Assembly (NCBI GenBank): GCA_963818965.1
Contig: CAWFUG010000009.1
Span: 384,001 to 448,000 of the forward strand
Length of the DNA stretch: 64,000 nt
Origin: an uncultured Verrucomicrobiae bacterium
GTDB lineage: Bacteria > Chlamydiota > Chlamydiia > Chlamydiales > Rhabdochlamydiaceae
Direction of reading: 5' to 3'
Shown here: piece by piece, positions 1 through 9,645 of the stretch
Numbering within the stretch: the stretch's first letter is position 1
Layout of the letters: each line of letters begins with the position of its first letter
Notes under the pieces: generated by a model
The model's input: the letters and a program-made list of their open reading frames with translations, nothing else
Told to the model about the DNA's origin: nothing
Databases searched by the model: none
Position numbers and translations under genes: made by a program

Positions 1-249
1 GTCCAAAAAGGTAAATATGTGACAGATCAATTCATCAGAAAGAGTAGCGACAGGACCTTCTTCTCGGTTGTTCGCGCGCCATTCAGCGACGGTGTCGTGG
101 CACTTTTTAGTAACAGAGCTCAAATGCGTTTGATCCTCGGGATTGAGGAAGGAGATAATCGTGTAAAGGGAGTCGTTTGTAAGATGAACATTCCCTCTAA
201 AACACTTCTCTTGGGGTGTTAGTGTTTTATATGTTTCCAATATATTCAT
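1..249 (-). CDS. 5' part of a tandem-F-box-like protein, paralog of 397..2403; runs off the left edge
   Basis: Bases 1-249 closely match 2155-2403. Translates MNILETYKTLTPQEKCFRGNVHLTNDSLYTIISFLNPEDQTHLSSVTKKCH...LSDELICHIFTFLD. Absent from the ORF track because it is truncated. Confidence 0.85.
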   Translation of the reverse strand, partial: MNILETYKTLTPQEKCFRGNVHLTNDSLYTIISFLNPEDQTHLSSVTKKCHDTVAEWRANNREEGPVATLSDELICHIFTFLD

Positions 250-345
250 TTTATTCCTAAGATTGGTTTTTTTATGTTTTAATGTATGTTTTTTTATTTT
301 TGCGTGAAGTTAATTTTTAATAAATCGATTTTATATTATTTGGAA

Positions 346-368
346 TGAGCCGCTAAGCGGCTCTTTTT
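346..368. terminator. Hairpin, probable intrinsic terminator
   Basis: GAGCCGC-TAA-GCGGCTC next to a T-run, downstream of the 397 stop codon. Confidence 0.45.
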
Positions 369-396
369 ATACCATGCAAGAAGCGAGTAAACTGTT

Positions 397-2403
397 TTAG
401 TCCAGGCTACTCGAACTCGATGATCTCGAGTCTAGACGATTCCCGTCAGAGTCGGAGGAGAGCATAGAACGCCTCAGGGTTGCTGTAAGTTTTGACGGAA
501 ACGTAATCTGATACTTCGCCTCTAACCAGCCTAGCATATTGATTAGTCTTTGGGTGATTTCTGTGCAAGGGTCTCTCAATGAGGCGTCTCTCTTCATCAT
601 TTCGCGGGTCATTTTTGCGAACTTTAAAAGAAATTCACCAAGAAATGCTTCACCAAGCGTCATCCATGCAGCGTTTTCTTCTAGAAGGGTCATAGCTAGA
701 TCTCCCCGGTCAAGATGTAGCAGAGCTTCACAGATCTCCAAAATGCGTGTATCGTCTCCAAAAGCATCTGAGCACTCCATCAGAAGTTCTAAAGCCTTTT
801 CCTTTTTATCGACTTTCTTTTCAATGCATCTATTTGCAAGTTCCAATAAGAGAAGGGTGCGTGCATCTCCTTTATAGTTCGAACGGATCAATGATTCAAT
901 AGCTTCAAAATCTTCTTGTTGAGTGCAATTCTGAATATAGGTCTTCACAATGCTTTTATCGCCTTCAAAAGCAGCTGCGCATTCCATCAAAAGTTCTAGC
1001 GCCTTTTCCTTTTTATCGATTTTTTTTTCCAAGCATCTATTTGCAAGCGCTCCTAATAGGCGGGTGCCTGCCTTTCCTTTGCAATTCGAACGGATAAATG
1101 ATTCAACAGCTTCGAGCTCTTCTTGCTCGGTGCATTTTTGAATGACCAGACCCAATAGAAAGTGCGTCAGCTTTTGATAACCGAGAAGCTTACTTTTTTC
1201 GTGTAGGGAAAGCAGGCTAAGGGCTTCTTTGACGTGTGATCCCCTTATCAGGGCGTGCACTTCTCCTTGGATTTTCTTTGGGTCGAGATGGAATTGGTAT
1301 TTTTCGATGAGAGGCATCGCCTTTTGAATCTCTCCTCGACTTAAGTATTGCATTACCAACTCATCTGCCATCTCTTTCAGTACTTTTGGCTCGCAAGATC
1401 TCTCGCTGACAAAACGACGAAACGTTGCATCTGCTGTGGCAGTGCAACCTTGTTCGATACAGGCTTCAAAGAATGTTCTCTTTAGAGAGTCTTTTTTGGT
1501 TTCTAGGTCCAAGGAGGTGGGGTGCTGCAGCAAAGACAAAGCTTTACTGAAAAGGCCTTGCTCAATCAATAGGCGCATAGTCATCTGCTCCAAATTAGAT
1601 ACTAGCGGGAAGAATTTCATCAGTTTCTTGCTGTGGCCACGACAAACGACTGAAAATGCAGCCTTTCCAAGGATGTTGGCATAGCGATTACGTGTTATAT
1701 CCCCAGTGTCGTGATTTACAGTATTTAGTAGGAATACAAGGTTCATGATGATTTTAGCGATAGAGTCGCAGGGTTGTAGTTCCTCGCAGGCTGCTCTATA
1801 GGCTGCATTGAGTGCCTCATTCAGGATCTCTATGTCCTGGTCAGTTTGGGGGGAGCTTCTCACCATTTGTACACATATTTCTGCGATTTCTCTTTCTATT
1901 GAAACGGGGTAAGTCAAAATCTCAGTAAGGCTCTCTGGTTGTAGCTTGTCTCTCTGCAGCAGTCTGTTGCATGTGTTTTCAAGCAGTTGTTTCTGCAGGG
2001 GAAAATCTCCCAGCAGAGGCTGCTCCACCAAATGCGTTAGGAACTGGATGTACTCTGAAATTAAGGGATCTTTTTTCTGTTTACGCCATTTCACATCCAT
2101 CATGCATGTGTTCCATTGGTAACAGACCTTTGAGACGTTTTCCCATGATTCTAAGTCCAGAAAGGTAAATATGTGACAGATCAACTCATTAGAAAGAGTA
2201 GCGGCAGGACCTTCTTCTTGATTGTTTGCGCGCCATTCGGCGACGGTTTCGTGGCACTTTTTAGTGACAGAGCTCAAATGCGTTTGATCTTCGGGATTGA
2301 GGAAGGAGATAATCGTGTAAAGGGAGTCGTCTGTAAGGTGAACATTCCCTCTAAAACACTTCTCTTGGGGTGTTAGCGCTTTATATGTTTCTATTATATT
2401 CAT
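397..2403 (-). CDS. Tandem F-box-like protein with helical repeats (candidate effector)
   Basis: Two F-box-like segments (LTDDSLYTIISFL...SSVTKKC; LSNELICHIFTFLD...SKVCYQW), a 69-aa internal duplication and a poly-Ser tail. Confidence 0.75.
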   Translation of the reverse strand: MNIIETYKALTPQEKCFRGNVHLTDDSLYTIISFLNPEDQTHLSSVTKKCHETVAEWRANNQEEGPAATLSNELICHIFTFLDLESWENVSKVCYQWNTCMMDVKWRKQKKDPLISEYIQFLTHLVEQPLLGDFPLQKQLLENTCNRLLQRDKLQPESLTEILTYPVSIEREIAEICVQMVRSSPQTDQDIEILNEALNAAYRAACEELQPCDSIAKIIMNLVFLLNTVNHDTGDITRNRYANILGKAAFSVVCRGHSKKLMKFFPLVSNLEQMTMRLLIEQGLFSKALSLLQHPTSLDLETKKDSLKRTFFEACIEQGCTATADATFRRFVSERSCEPKVLKEMADELVMQYLSRGEIQKAMPLIEKYQFHLDPKKIQGEVHALIRGSHVKEALSLLSLHEKSKLLGYQKLTHFLLGLVIQKCTEQEELEAVESFIRSNCKGKAGTRLLGALANRCLEKKIDKKEKALELLMECAAAFEGDKSIVKTYIQNCTQQEDFEAIESLIRSNYKGDARTLLLLELANRCIEKKVDKKEKALELLMECSDAFGDDTRILEICEALLHLDRGDLAMTLLEENAAWMTLGEAFLGEFLLKFAKMTREMMKRDASLRDPCTEITQRLINMLGWLEAKYQITFPSKLTATLRRSMLSSDSDGNRLDSRSSSSSSLD

Positions 2404-2555
2404 TTTTTCCTAAAAGTTGTTTGTATTTTATTGTTATATTTTAATCGCTGTTGTTTTATTTGTATATGGAATTATTATTTTAATTGACGGATTTATGTTG
2501 TTCTAAAGGAACTGCTTAGCGGCTTTGGGAGGGCCTTAATAGCTGATTGGTAAAA

Positions 2556-2590
2556 GGGGTAGGAGGCGCCTTGCGGCCCCTCCTACCCTA
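2556..2590. terminator. GC-rich hairpin downstream of 2600..3382
   Basis: GGGTAGGAGG...CCTCCTACCC inverted repeat just after the stop codon. Confidence 0.5.
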
Positions 2591-2599
2591 GATGGGGGG

Positions 2600-3382
2600 C
2601 TATGAGAAAAGGGCGATTTTGGACTCTCCGGTGTCGTTTAGCTCAGAAACGCCCGCAAAGAGGACATCGAGCTGTCTTTCCGTCGGGTAGAGGTCTGTGT
2701 TATTCGCCAGATCATTTGCTGTGGCGATTAAAGCCTGGCAGGTCTCTAGAGGGTTGATAAACGCTTCTGCTCCGAGAAAGCGCATGTGCCCTTCGAAACG
2801 GCTCTTATGCTTTTGGGGGAGGGTCTGAAAGTGGATCTTAGCCTTTTTTAGGTTTCCATTGTGGACTGCTCTTGCAATGTCGAAGAGGTCTTCGATTTCT
2901 CCGGGGATGAGTTCGAGCATGTCCAAAGAGCGGATGTTTTGTTGTTGGGAAATAAACTCGAAATGAGAGGGGATAGGTCCACCCTTTGCCTGGCTAAGGG
3001 CGCACTTGGCATCAAATAAAATTTTGTTTTGCTCTTGAGAGGGAGCGTGATTTTTGAGTAGAGCCTGGATATGCGATTCGAGTTGTTGGATGGCGCGAGG
3101 GGAGGGGGCCCCTTTTTTTAAGTCGAGAGCCTCTTTTTGAATCTGAGAGATCTCCCATTCGACCGATCCATCTTCTAGTTTTTGGTAGAGATCGACGCAG
3201 CGTCCTTGTAGAGATTCTAAAAAAGGATTGTCATTTTTTTGGGCGAGAAGGGCCTTAAATGTCGTGTCTAATCGGTTTGATAAAACCTTGTATTTCTTCG
3301 GAGAAATAGGCGCAGTGTCTATTTCTCTCGCAATGGTTTGCACCTGAAAGGGCAAACCCTTTTGACTTGTGATGAATCCCAT
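2600..3382 (-). CDS. Hypothetical protein
   Basis: 260-aa ORF with AGGAG upstream; no family recognised. Confidence 0.7.
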   Translation of the reverse strand: MGFITSQKGLPFQVQTIAREIDTAPISPKKYKVLSNRLDTTFKALLAQKNDNPFLESLQGRCVDLYQKLEDGSVEWEISQIQKEALDLKKGAPSPRAIQQLESHIQALLKNHAPSQEQNKILFDAKCALSQAKGGPIPSHFEFISQQQNIRSLDMLELIPGEIEDLFDIARAVHNGNLKKAKIHFQTLPQKHKSRFEGHMRFLGAEAFINPLETCQALIATANDLANNTDLYPTERQLDVLFAGVSELNDTGESKIALFS

Positions 3383-3481
3383 AATTGCTCCTTATTATTA
3401 TTTGTAATATATATTACAAGGTCGCAATTAACCTTAATTACATCATATTCCTAATCTATATAAGTGTCAATTAGTTATAAA

Positions 3482-4060
3482 TTATTTTAATCTTTGATTC
3501 TTTTGAATTAAGAAGAGGGAAGGGGAGGCGTTGCGGTTGATCCACCGGTGGTGGCAAACGCTATAATGGGCGGGATCGAGCCCTTTTAAGTACTGAAGCA
3601 GAGCGACTTCCTCTTGCGCTCCTTCAGTGTGGCCGGGGTAAGAGACGATGGAAATCGCCCCACCGGGGAGCAGAAGAGAGAGTCCCTTTTCGATACTGGT
3701 GAGAGTACTTGAGGGAAGCGTTTTGATCTCTTTATCACTGCCGGGGAGATACCCTAAGTTATAGACGATCAAGCGGATCGGTTTTTCTAAGGCAAGTGGA
3801 GGGAAGGTTGCATGGGAAGAACAAAAAAAATGGACATTTTTTTTCTCCTGGCAGGTCACTTTGGCTTTTTCGATCGCTTGCGCCTGAATATCTAGGGCGA
3901 TGACACCCCCCTTTTCGTCGACTAAATCTGCCAAAACGAGGGTGTCTTTTCCATTGCCGCAGGTCGCATCGATGACCCAATCGCCCCCTTGTAAGAGGTT
4001 TTTCCAATAGGCGTGGGCCAAGTCTAGAGGTGTCTGAAAGAGAAAAAATTGCCGATCCAT
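3482..4060 (-). CDS. Class I SAM-dependent methyltransferase (YtqB/MnmM-like)
   Basis: IDATCGNGKDT, DIQ, YNLGYLPG and YPGH..G..E motifs. Confidence 0.85.
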   Translation of the reverse strand: MDRQFFLFQTPLDLAHAYWKNLLQGGDWVIDATCGNGKDTLVLADLVDEKGGVIALDIQAQAIEKAKVTCQEKKNVHFFCSSHATFPPLALEKPIRLIVYNLGYLPGSDKEIKTLPSSTLTSIEKGLSLLLPGGAISIVSYPGHTEGAQEEVALLQYLKGLDPAHYSVCHHRWINRNASPSLFLIQKNQRLK

Positions 4061-4137
4061 CTCTTGGAGAATAGCATTTTTATGAATTTTTCTTGGCTAT
4101 AATTCCGTTCTTCATTTATCCTTCTCTTTTTTCGTAC

Positions 4138-4211
4138 GGGGTATTAGCTCAGTTGGTTAGAGCGCCACGTTGACATCGTGGAGGTCAGCTGTTCAAGTCA
4201 GCTATATCCCA
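4138..4211 (+). tRNA. tRNA-Val(GAC); CCA not encoded
   Basis: Acceptor stem GGGGTAT/ATATCCC, anticodon arm CCACG-TTGACAT-CGTGG, T-loop TTCAAGT. Confidence 0.95.
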
Positions 4212-5726
4212 ATGATTTTGTTAAGACAAACCGCCGCCCAATATTTGGGAATGGCTGTGCGGGAGTTGTTTCCTAAGGTGCATCTCGTAGGAGGGCAGGG
4301 GACATCCCAATTCTTCTACTACGACTTTTTATTCCCTTTTCCGTTTCAGAAAGAGATGCTCCCTCTCATCGAAGAGCGGATGCATGCGATTCTCCGCGAG
4401 AAAGGAGAGGTGCGACGCATCGAAATGGTGCCGTCGAATGCAGCAATGCTATTTGAGAGTCGAGAACAACCTCTCATCGCCGAACGCTTGAGAAATGTCT
4501 CTACTGCGACTGTGCCCCTCTGTCAAATCGGCGAGTCGATCGATTATTGCCCCGAGCCTTTTTCTCTAAACAATACTTTTAAGTTTTTCAAGCTCATTGA
4601 AGCATTGGAAATAGGTGGGATCACCCGGATTGTCGGAGTTCTCGAAGAGAATAAAGAACTCTTAAAACAAAAAGTAAAGAGCGCAGATCTCGCTGCACAT
4701 AATCACTTAACGCTCATCGAATCTTTATTCTTCCCGCTCGAAGAGGATTCCCGTTGGGTTTGGCTCCCTAAAGCGAAGAAGATCCGCGATCGTCTGTGTG
4801 CCTTTTGGAAAGAAGCGCACGTCGAGCAAAACTTTAGTTTACTCTCCTCTTCCTCCACGACAGAGGAGGAGATGACGCGCGCCCATGTGGCGTTTTTGCG
4901 CTCTAAAAATTTTTCCAAAACGGCGGAATTGGGGACCCTCTCTTTTTGGGAAGAGGCTGATGTGCGTGAGGGGCTCTTCTCGGCAAATCGCTGCTTTACC
5001 GACCGTGGCTATCTCTTCTGTCCTAAGGAAAAACTTTTAGAAGAGGCGATTTCGTCCTTGCAATTCATTCTCAAAATCCCTAAAATCCTGTGTTTTGAGT
5101 TCGAGATCCTTTTGTCCATTTCGAGCGCTGGGAATCCCAAGGGAGCTGTACAAAGAGAAGCAGTAGATGTCTTTAAGCAGGCGTTGGGAAAGCTCGGGTT
5201 GAGTTTTACCACGTGCAAGGAGTATCATCGCGATCTGAGTGCGAGGATTGATGTTCTCCTTTTTGATTCGCTAGGAAGAAAATGGCGTGGCCCCTTTCTA
5301 GGTATCTCAAGATCAGATCTGAAGATGGGTCAAGGGAAACACCTCTTGATTCGCTCGGCATTTGGTTCGATGGAACGACTCATCGGTCTGCTCCTCGAAA
5401 ATGCCGGTGGAGAGATCCCTTTTTGGCTCGCTCCAGAACAGGTGAGGATTCTCCTAGTTAGCGAGGGTGCTACCAGTTGGGCGGAAGAAGTGCATCGGGA
5501 ATTGCGAACTCGAAATATTCGAGCGACAGTGGAAAGAGAGACAGATGCTCTTAAAGTGAGAGTGTCCCGCGCGACCCGAGAGAAAGTTCCCTTCATCGTA
5601 TTGATTGGGGAGCAGGAAATCAGAGAGCGCTCTTTGACCGTTCGAGAGGGAACAGGGATTGACCAGAAGGGGCTATCCCAGAAGAGCCTATCACTGGATG
5701 GCTTTTGTGAGATGATCCAAAGTTGA
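4212..5726 (+). CDS. Degenerate threonyl-tRNA-synthetase-like protein (504 aa), probably non-catalytic
   Basis: ThrRS layout (AVRELFP, FYYDF, DSLGRKW, FGSMERLIGLLLE, FWLAPEQV, anticodon-binding domain) with catalytic and editing residues substituted. Start moved from 4170, which lies inside the tRNA. Confidence 0.8.
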   Translation: MILLRQTAAQYLGMAVRELFPKVHLVGGQGTSQFFYYDFLFPFPFQKEMLPLIEERMHAILREKGEVRRIEMVPSNAAMLFESREQPLIAERLRNVSTATVPLCQIGESIDYCPEPFSLNNTFKFFKLIEALEIGGITRIVGVLEENKELLKQKVKSADLAAHNHLTLIESLFFPLEEDSRWVWLPKAKKIRDRLCAFWKEAHVEQNFSLLSSSSTTEEEMTRAHVAFLRSKNFSKTAELGTLSFWEEADVREGLFSANRCFTDRGYLFCPKEKLLEEAISSLQFILKIPKILCFEFEILLSISSAGNPKGAVQREAVDVFKQALGKLGLSFTTCKEYHRDLSARIDVLLFDSLGRKWRGPFLGISRSDLKMGQGKHLLIRSAFGSMERLIGLLLENAGGEIPFWLAPEQVRILLVSEGATSWAEEVHRELRTRNIRATVERETDALKVRVSRATREKVPFIVLIGEQEIRERSLTVREGTGIDQKGLSQKSLSLDGFCEMIQS

Positions 5727-5732
5727 AACGGA

Positions 5733-6254
5733 GTGGAAACGCTGAACTTGAAAATCAACCGAGAAATTCGAGCGCAGAAATTGCGCGTGATTGGTGAAGA
5801 TGGCAGTCAGCTCGGCATATTGACGTTAGCTGAAGCGCTAACGAAAGCAGAGCAATCAGGACTTGATTTAGTCGAGATCGCACCTAGTGCTGACCCACCA
5901 GTTTGTAAGATTATCGATTACGGAAAGTACCGTTATCAGCTCACGAAGAAAGAAAGGGAGCAAAAGAAGACGCAGCACCAGGTTAAAGTCAAAGAGATCA
6001 AGATCAAGCCGAATACGGATGATCACGATCTCACAGTAAAGACTAAACATGCCCGTGAGTTTCTCGTTAAGGGAAACAAAGTGCGGGTCACCTGTATGTT
6101 TCGAGGGCGGGAGATGATGCATCCGGAAATCGGCATGCGGGCAGTCCAGCGGATGTGTGAAGGGATGACGGATATCGCTACCCCTGAAGCGCCTCCAAAA
6201 ATGTTTGGACGCAATCTCTCCGTGATTCTAGCCCCAGGAGCAAAAAAGAAGTAA
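5733..6254 (+). CDS. infC: Translation initiation factor IF-3
   Basis: KINREIRA, LDLVEIAP..PPVCKIIDYGKY, FRGRE; GTG start. Confidence 0.97.
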   Translation: METLNLKINREIRAQKLRVIGEDGSQLGILTLAEALTKAEQSGLDLVEIAPSADPPVCKIIDYGKYRYQLTKKEREQKKTQHQVKVKEIKIKPNTDDHDLTVKTKHAREFLVKGNKVRVTCMFRGREMMHPEIGMRAVQRMCEGMTDIATPEAPPKMFGRNLSVILAPGAKKK

Positions 6255-6313
6255 GAATCTATTCCAAAAATCGACCAAAGATTTTACCGAGATAGGTTCA
6301 GAGGAGAGTTATT

Positions 6314-6523
6314 GTGGCAAAGACGAAAGTTAAGAGAAAGACACATAAGGCAGTTTCTGCGCGATTTAAAGTGACAGGAACGGGCAAGTTAAAACGACGT
6401 CATCCAGGACGTCGGCATATTTTGACGAAAAAAGCATCTAAGCGCAAACGCCGTTTGAAGAAAGATGCTCTCGTCGACAAAGGACAGTTGAAGATGTATT
6501 CCCGTCTCATGGGAGTTGCATAA
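6314..6523 (+). CDS. rpmI: 50S ribosomal protein L35
   Basis: KTHKAVSARFKVTGTGK...RRHILTKK; position in operon. Confidence 0.95.
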   Translation: MAKTKVKRKTHKAVSARFKVTGTGKLKRRHPGRRHILTKKASKRKRRLKKDALVDKGQLKMYSRLMGVA

Positions 6524-6554
6524 AAGATTTTGATCGTAGATTGGAGAATTAACA

Positions 6555-6911
6555 ATGGGTAGAGTCACCAACGCTGTGGCCGCCAATCGCTCTCGCAAGC
6601 GTCTTTTCAAACGGGCAAAGGGTTTTGTCGGTGATCGTAAGAATCACCTCCGCCTAACGAAAGATGCTGTGATGTCGGCATTGGCATTCAATTACTGCCA
6701 CCGCAAACAGAAAAAAAGAGATTTTCGCCGCCTCTGGATCGTCCGGATCGGTGTCGGTGCGAAAATCAATGGGATGTCTTATAGTAAGTTCATCTCAGGA
6801 CTGCAAAAGGCAGGTTGCGCCTTAAATCGCAAAGTCTTGTCCGATATGGCGATCCGCGACCCTAGCAGCTTTGCTGCTGTCGCCGGGACTGCAAGACAAG
6901 CACTCGCTTAA
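6555..6911 (+). CDS. rplT: 50S ribosomal protein L20
   Basis: AKGFVG, KKRDFRRLWIVRI, LNRKVLSDMA. Confidence 0.97.
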   Translation: MGRVTNAVAANRSRKRLFKRAKGFVGDRKNHLRLTKDAVMSALAFNYCHRKQKKRDFRRLWIVRIGVGAKINGMSYSKFISGLQKAGCALNRKVLSDMAIRDPSSFAAVAGTARQALA

Positions 6912-6920
6912 AACAGCATC

Positions 6921-6953
6921 GCACCTTTTTCCGTAAGGGGAAGGGTGCTTTTT
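6921..6953 (+). terminator. Intrinsic terminator-like hairpin between rplT and pheS
   Basis: GCACCTTTTTCC-GTAA-GGGGAAGGGTGC followed by TTTTT. Confidence 0.6.
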
Positions 6954-6972
6954 CTTCGATATAGGTATAGTC

Positions 6973-7992
6973 TTGCAATACTCACTTCCCCAAATCAAAT
7001 CGGAATTTCAACGCGACCTCAGCCAAGTCCAACACAGCAGAGACGTCGAGCAACTCAAGGTCAAATACCTCGGGAAAAAAGGATCGATCCAAGCCCTCAT
7101 GCAACAACTGCGCGACGCTACAGCGGAAGAGCGCCCCCTTTTAGGTAAGGAGATCAACCTCCTCAAAGAGGAGCTCGAGCAGCTATGCGAGCAGGCAGCT
7201 AGTAGCTTTGCTCAAGCAGAACTCGCAGAACAGTTAGCCCATGAAAAAATCGACATCTCCCTTCCAGGAAGAGAGCAGAGGATGGGCACGGAGCACCCGA
7301 TCGGCAAAATGATGAACGAAGTGATCACTATTTTGTCTGGCATGGGATTTTCTGTGCAATACGGGCCCGATATCGATACCGATTACTACAACTATGAGGG
7401 GTTGAACTTCCCTCCTGATCATCCCGCAAGAGACATGCAGGACACCTTCTACATCACCCCCGAGTACCTCTTGCGCTCGCACACTTCTAATACGCAATTA
7501 AGGGTCATGGAACACCACAAACCGCCTATCCGGATCATCGCACCCGGCACCGTCTATCGCAACGAGACGATCAGCAGCCGCTCCCACGTCTTTTTTCATC
7601 AGCTAGAAGGGCTCTATATCGATAAAAACGTCTCTTTTGCCGATCTCTTTGCCACCATGCAAGAATTGTGGAACCAAATTTTCCGCACCCAAGTGAAGAC
7701 TCGCTTTCGTCCGAGTTACTTCCCCTTCGTAGAACCTGGCCTTGAAGTCGACATCGCCTGTACCTCCTGTCAGTCCAAAGGATGCCGCCTCTGCAAACAA
7801 ACGGGATGGCTCGAAGTCTGTGGCGCAGGAATGGTCCACCCAGAAGTGCTCAAGAACGGAGGGATCGACCCTGAAGAGTACTCTGGCTATGCCTGGGGGA
7901 TGGGAATCGAACGCCTGGCGATGCTACTCTACGGAGTGAAAGATATCCGCATGTTCACGGAGAATGATTTGCGCTTCGTGTCCCAGAGCTGA
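6973..7992 (+). CDS. pheS: Phenylalanyl-tRNA synthetase alpha subunit
   Basis: HPARDMQDTFY, LLRSHTS, FRPSYFPFVEP, GMGIERLAML. Confidence 0.97.
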   Translation: MQYSLPQIKSEFQRDLSQVQHSRDVEQLKVKYLGKKGSIQALMQQLRDATAEERPLLGKEINLLKEELEQLCEQAASSFAQAELAEQLAHEKIDISLPGREQRMGTEHPIGKMMNEVITILSGMGFSVQYGPDIDTDYYNYEGLNFPPDHPARDMQDTFYITPEYLLRSHTSNTQLRVMEHHKPPIRIIAPGTVYRNETISSRSHVFFHQLEGLYIDKNVSFADLFATMQELWNQIFRTQVKTRFRPSYFPFVEPGLEVDIACTSCQSKGCRLCKQTGWLEVCGAGMVHPEVLKNGGIDPEEYSGYAWGMGIERLAMLLYGVKDIRMFTENDLRFVSQS

Positions 7993-8052
7993 GATTTTTG
8001 GCTTGATTTTTTTTTGAGTTGTGGCATAATGCCCAACTTTATCCACTTTTAC

Positions 8053-8137
8053 GGAAGAGTGGCAGAGTGGCCGATTGCGGCAGTCTTGAAAACTGTTGTC
8101 GGGCAACCGACCGTGGGTTCGAATCCTACCTCTTCCG
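8053..8137 (+). tRNA. tRNA-Ser(TGA)
   Basis: Acceptor stem GGAAGAG/CTCTTCC, anticodon loop CTTGAAA, long variable arm, GTTCGAATC. Confidence 0.95.
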
Positions 8138-8157
8138 TCCTTTAATTTGCTGTATAA

Positions 8158-9585
8158 TCAATTACGCATCGCAGAGTACATGGCATCTTTAATTCGCTGC
8201 TTTGTCGCATCATCGGTAATCCATGTAGCAGCTAGGTCATTAATGTCATGGCCTAAGTCTCTCGATTGACTCGTTGCATAACCGATCAATTCTTCTAGGA
8301 TATCTATCCATTCTGGCAGATCTCCTTTAGAACCCAGTTCGCAACAGCGTTTGACAATTTCAAGGACCTCAGCTTCCCTAAAGTAGAAGATTAATTTGTT
8401 ACAGAGGAATAGGATCGCATCTTTTCTCCTTGGGATTTCAGAAACTGTTTCGGCACAGAGTATCGCTGTTTGAGCTACGATACCGTAATCTCGAGAAAGT
8501 TGGGCAGTATCGTAGTCATCATTGAAAATCTGATCAATGATGCAACTCCCCATTCCCTCGAGGGCGTTTGCCTTTTCTCGACATTCTTTAGAGACTGTTT
8601 TAGAGCATAGTTTGATAATTTCAAAACCGGCTTCAATACAGCCGTTGTTGATTAACCTAAGGCTAATGCGCCAGAGAGCCATCGGTTTTTCAGGACAAGT
8701 TTCTGGGATTATTTCAGAGTACAGTGTCGCTAATTGAACGGCTTGCTCAGCATTCATTTCCGACGCTACTACGCAAGCTCTTTCCTGGAGCCTCTTTGCT
8801 ATATAAGGTTCTTCCTCATCTGTTTGAAAATAAGGAATAATATTTGAGTCTAAGATCGCATGGAACGCTTCGAGATCATCTGCAAGTGCGAATGTTGTTC
8901 TTATGGCGGGGATACATTTTATAATGAAATTTAAGAATTTGCCGACATTGGTGTCTGTACGGAATTCTGAAAACTGCAAAAAGAGGTCGAACTCTTCTGG
9001 GCTTAACTCTTTGAGGAATTCCACAATCTTCACTTGTTTGTCGTGCTCGAGTGTCATCATTTCAGGTAAGGTTGTCGCATCCGTTTTGCCAGGAGCAATA
9101 GCATCGAGGGTCTCAGAGATAAATTTTTGGCGCTCAAGAGAGATCTTTGGTTGAGAGAGGAGATGCTTTTTTAGAAGTTCGAGAGTTTCCCAAAGCGATG
9201 AGAAGCGTTCCCTAACTTTAGAATGTTCCTCATCGAGCAATAATCGACCTATAGAGACAGTCCATTCCTGGCAGACCTGTGAAGTTCTTCCTCTGCCCTG
9301 TTGTCCCAGAAAGCCGAGAACCCTTAAAAAGATCTCAGTGGGAAGCTGATCGATGGGGAATACAGTCGTGAAGAGGGCTTTTTGGATAGAGGTAACATTA
9401 CTGATGGCCTTCTTGAATAATTCCACGACCTGCTGGGATCGAAAGGTCTCGAGGTGTTGGTTAGAGCCTTTGTCGGCACATCCCAATGCCCCTTGTGAAG
9501 GTTGATCTAAATGGGAAAGAATGTGGCCAAATATTTTTTGGTATTCTGAATAATTGGGATTTGAACTGAAAAGAGAGAGTGACAT
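8158..9585 (-). CDS. F-box-like protein (candidate effector)
   Basis: LPTEIFLRVLGFL...SQVCQEW, plus a degenerate second F-box-like segment near the N-terminus. Confidence 0.7.
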   Translation of the reverse strand: MSLSLFSSNPNYSEYQKIFGHILSHLDQPSQGALGCADKGSNQHLETFRSQQVVELFKKAISNVTSIQKALFTTVFPIDQLPTEIFLRVLGFLGQQGRGRTSQVCQEWTVSIGRLLLDEEHSKVRERFSSLWETLELLKKHLLSQPKISLERQKFISETLDAIAPGKTDATTLPEMMTLEHDKQVKIVEFLKELSPEEFDLFLQFSEFRTDTNVGKFLNFIIKCIPAIRTTFALADDLEAFHAILDSNIIPYFQTDEEEPYIAKRLQERACVVASEMNAEQAVQLATLYSEIIPETCPEKPMALWRISLRLINNGCIEAGFEIIKLCSKTVSKECREKANALEGMGSCIIDQIFNDDYDTAQLSRDYGIVAQTAILCAETVSEIPRRKDAILFLCNKLIFYFREAEVLEIVKRCCELGSKGDLPEWIDILEELIGYATSQSRDLGHDINDLAATWITDDATKQRIKDAMYSAMRN

Positions 9586-9645
9586 TTTATGCTCCTTAAT
9601 TATTTCGATTAAATTATTTATTAATTTAAATATTTTTTTAGTATT

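Noticed and set aside
19..2376. Duplicated 67-aa plus-strand ORFs at 19..222 and 2173..2376
   Set aside because: They are antisense shadows of the duplicated minus-strand F-box genes
4170..4211. ORF-track start of the ThrRS-like gene at 4170
   Set aside because: It lies inside tRNA-Val; ThrRS similarity begins at ATG 4212
4212..5726. Calling this gene a functional thrS
   Set aside because: The zinc ligands, motif-2 region and editing histidines appear substituted
6912..6972. pheS attenuator or T-box
   Set aside because: Only a terminator-like hairpin is present; there is no Phe-rich leader peptide or T-box motif, and the gap is too short
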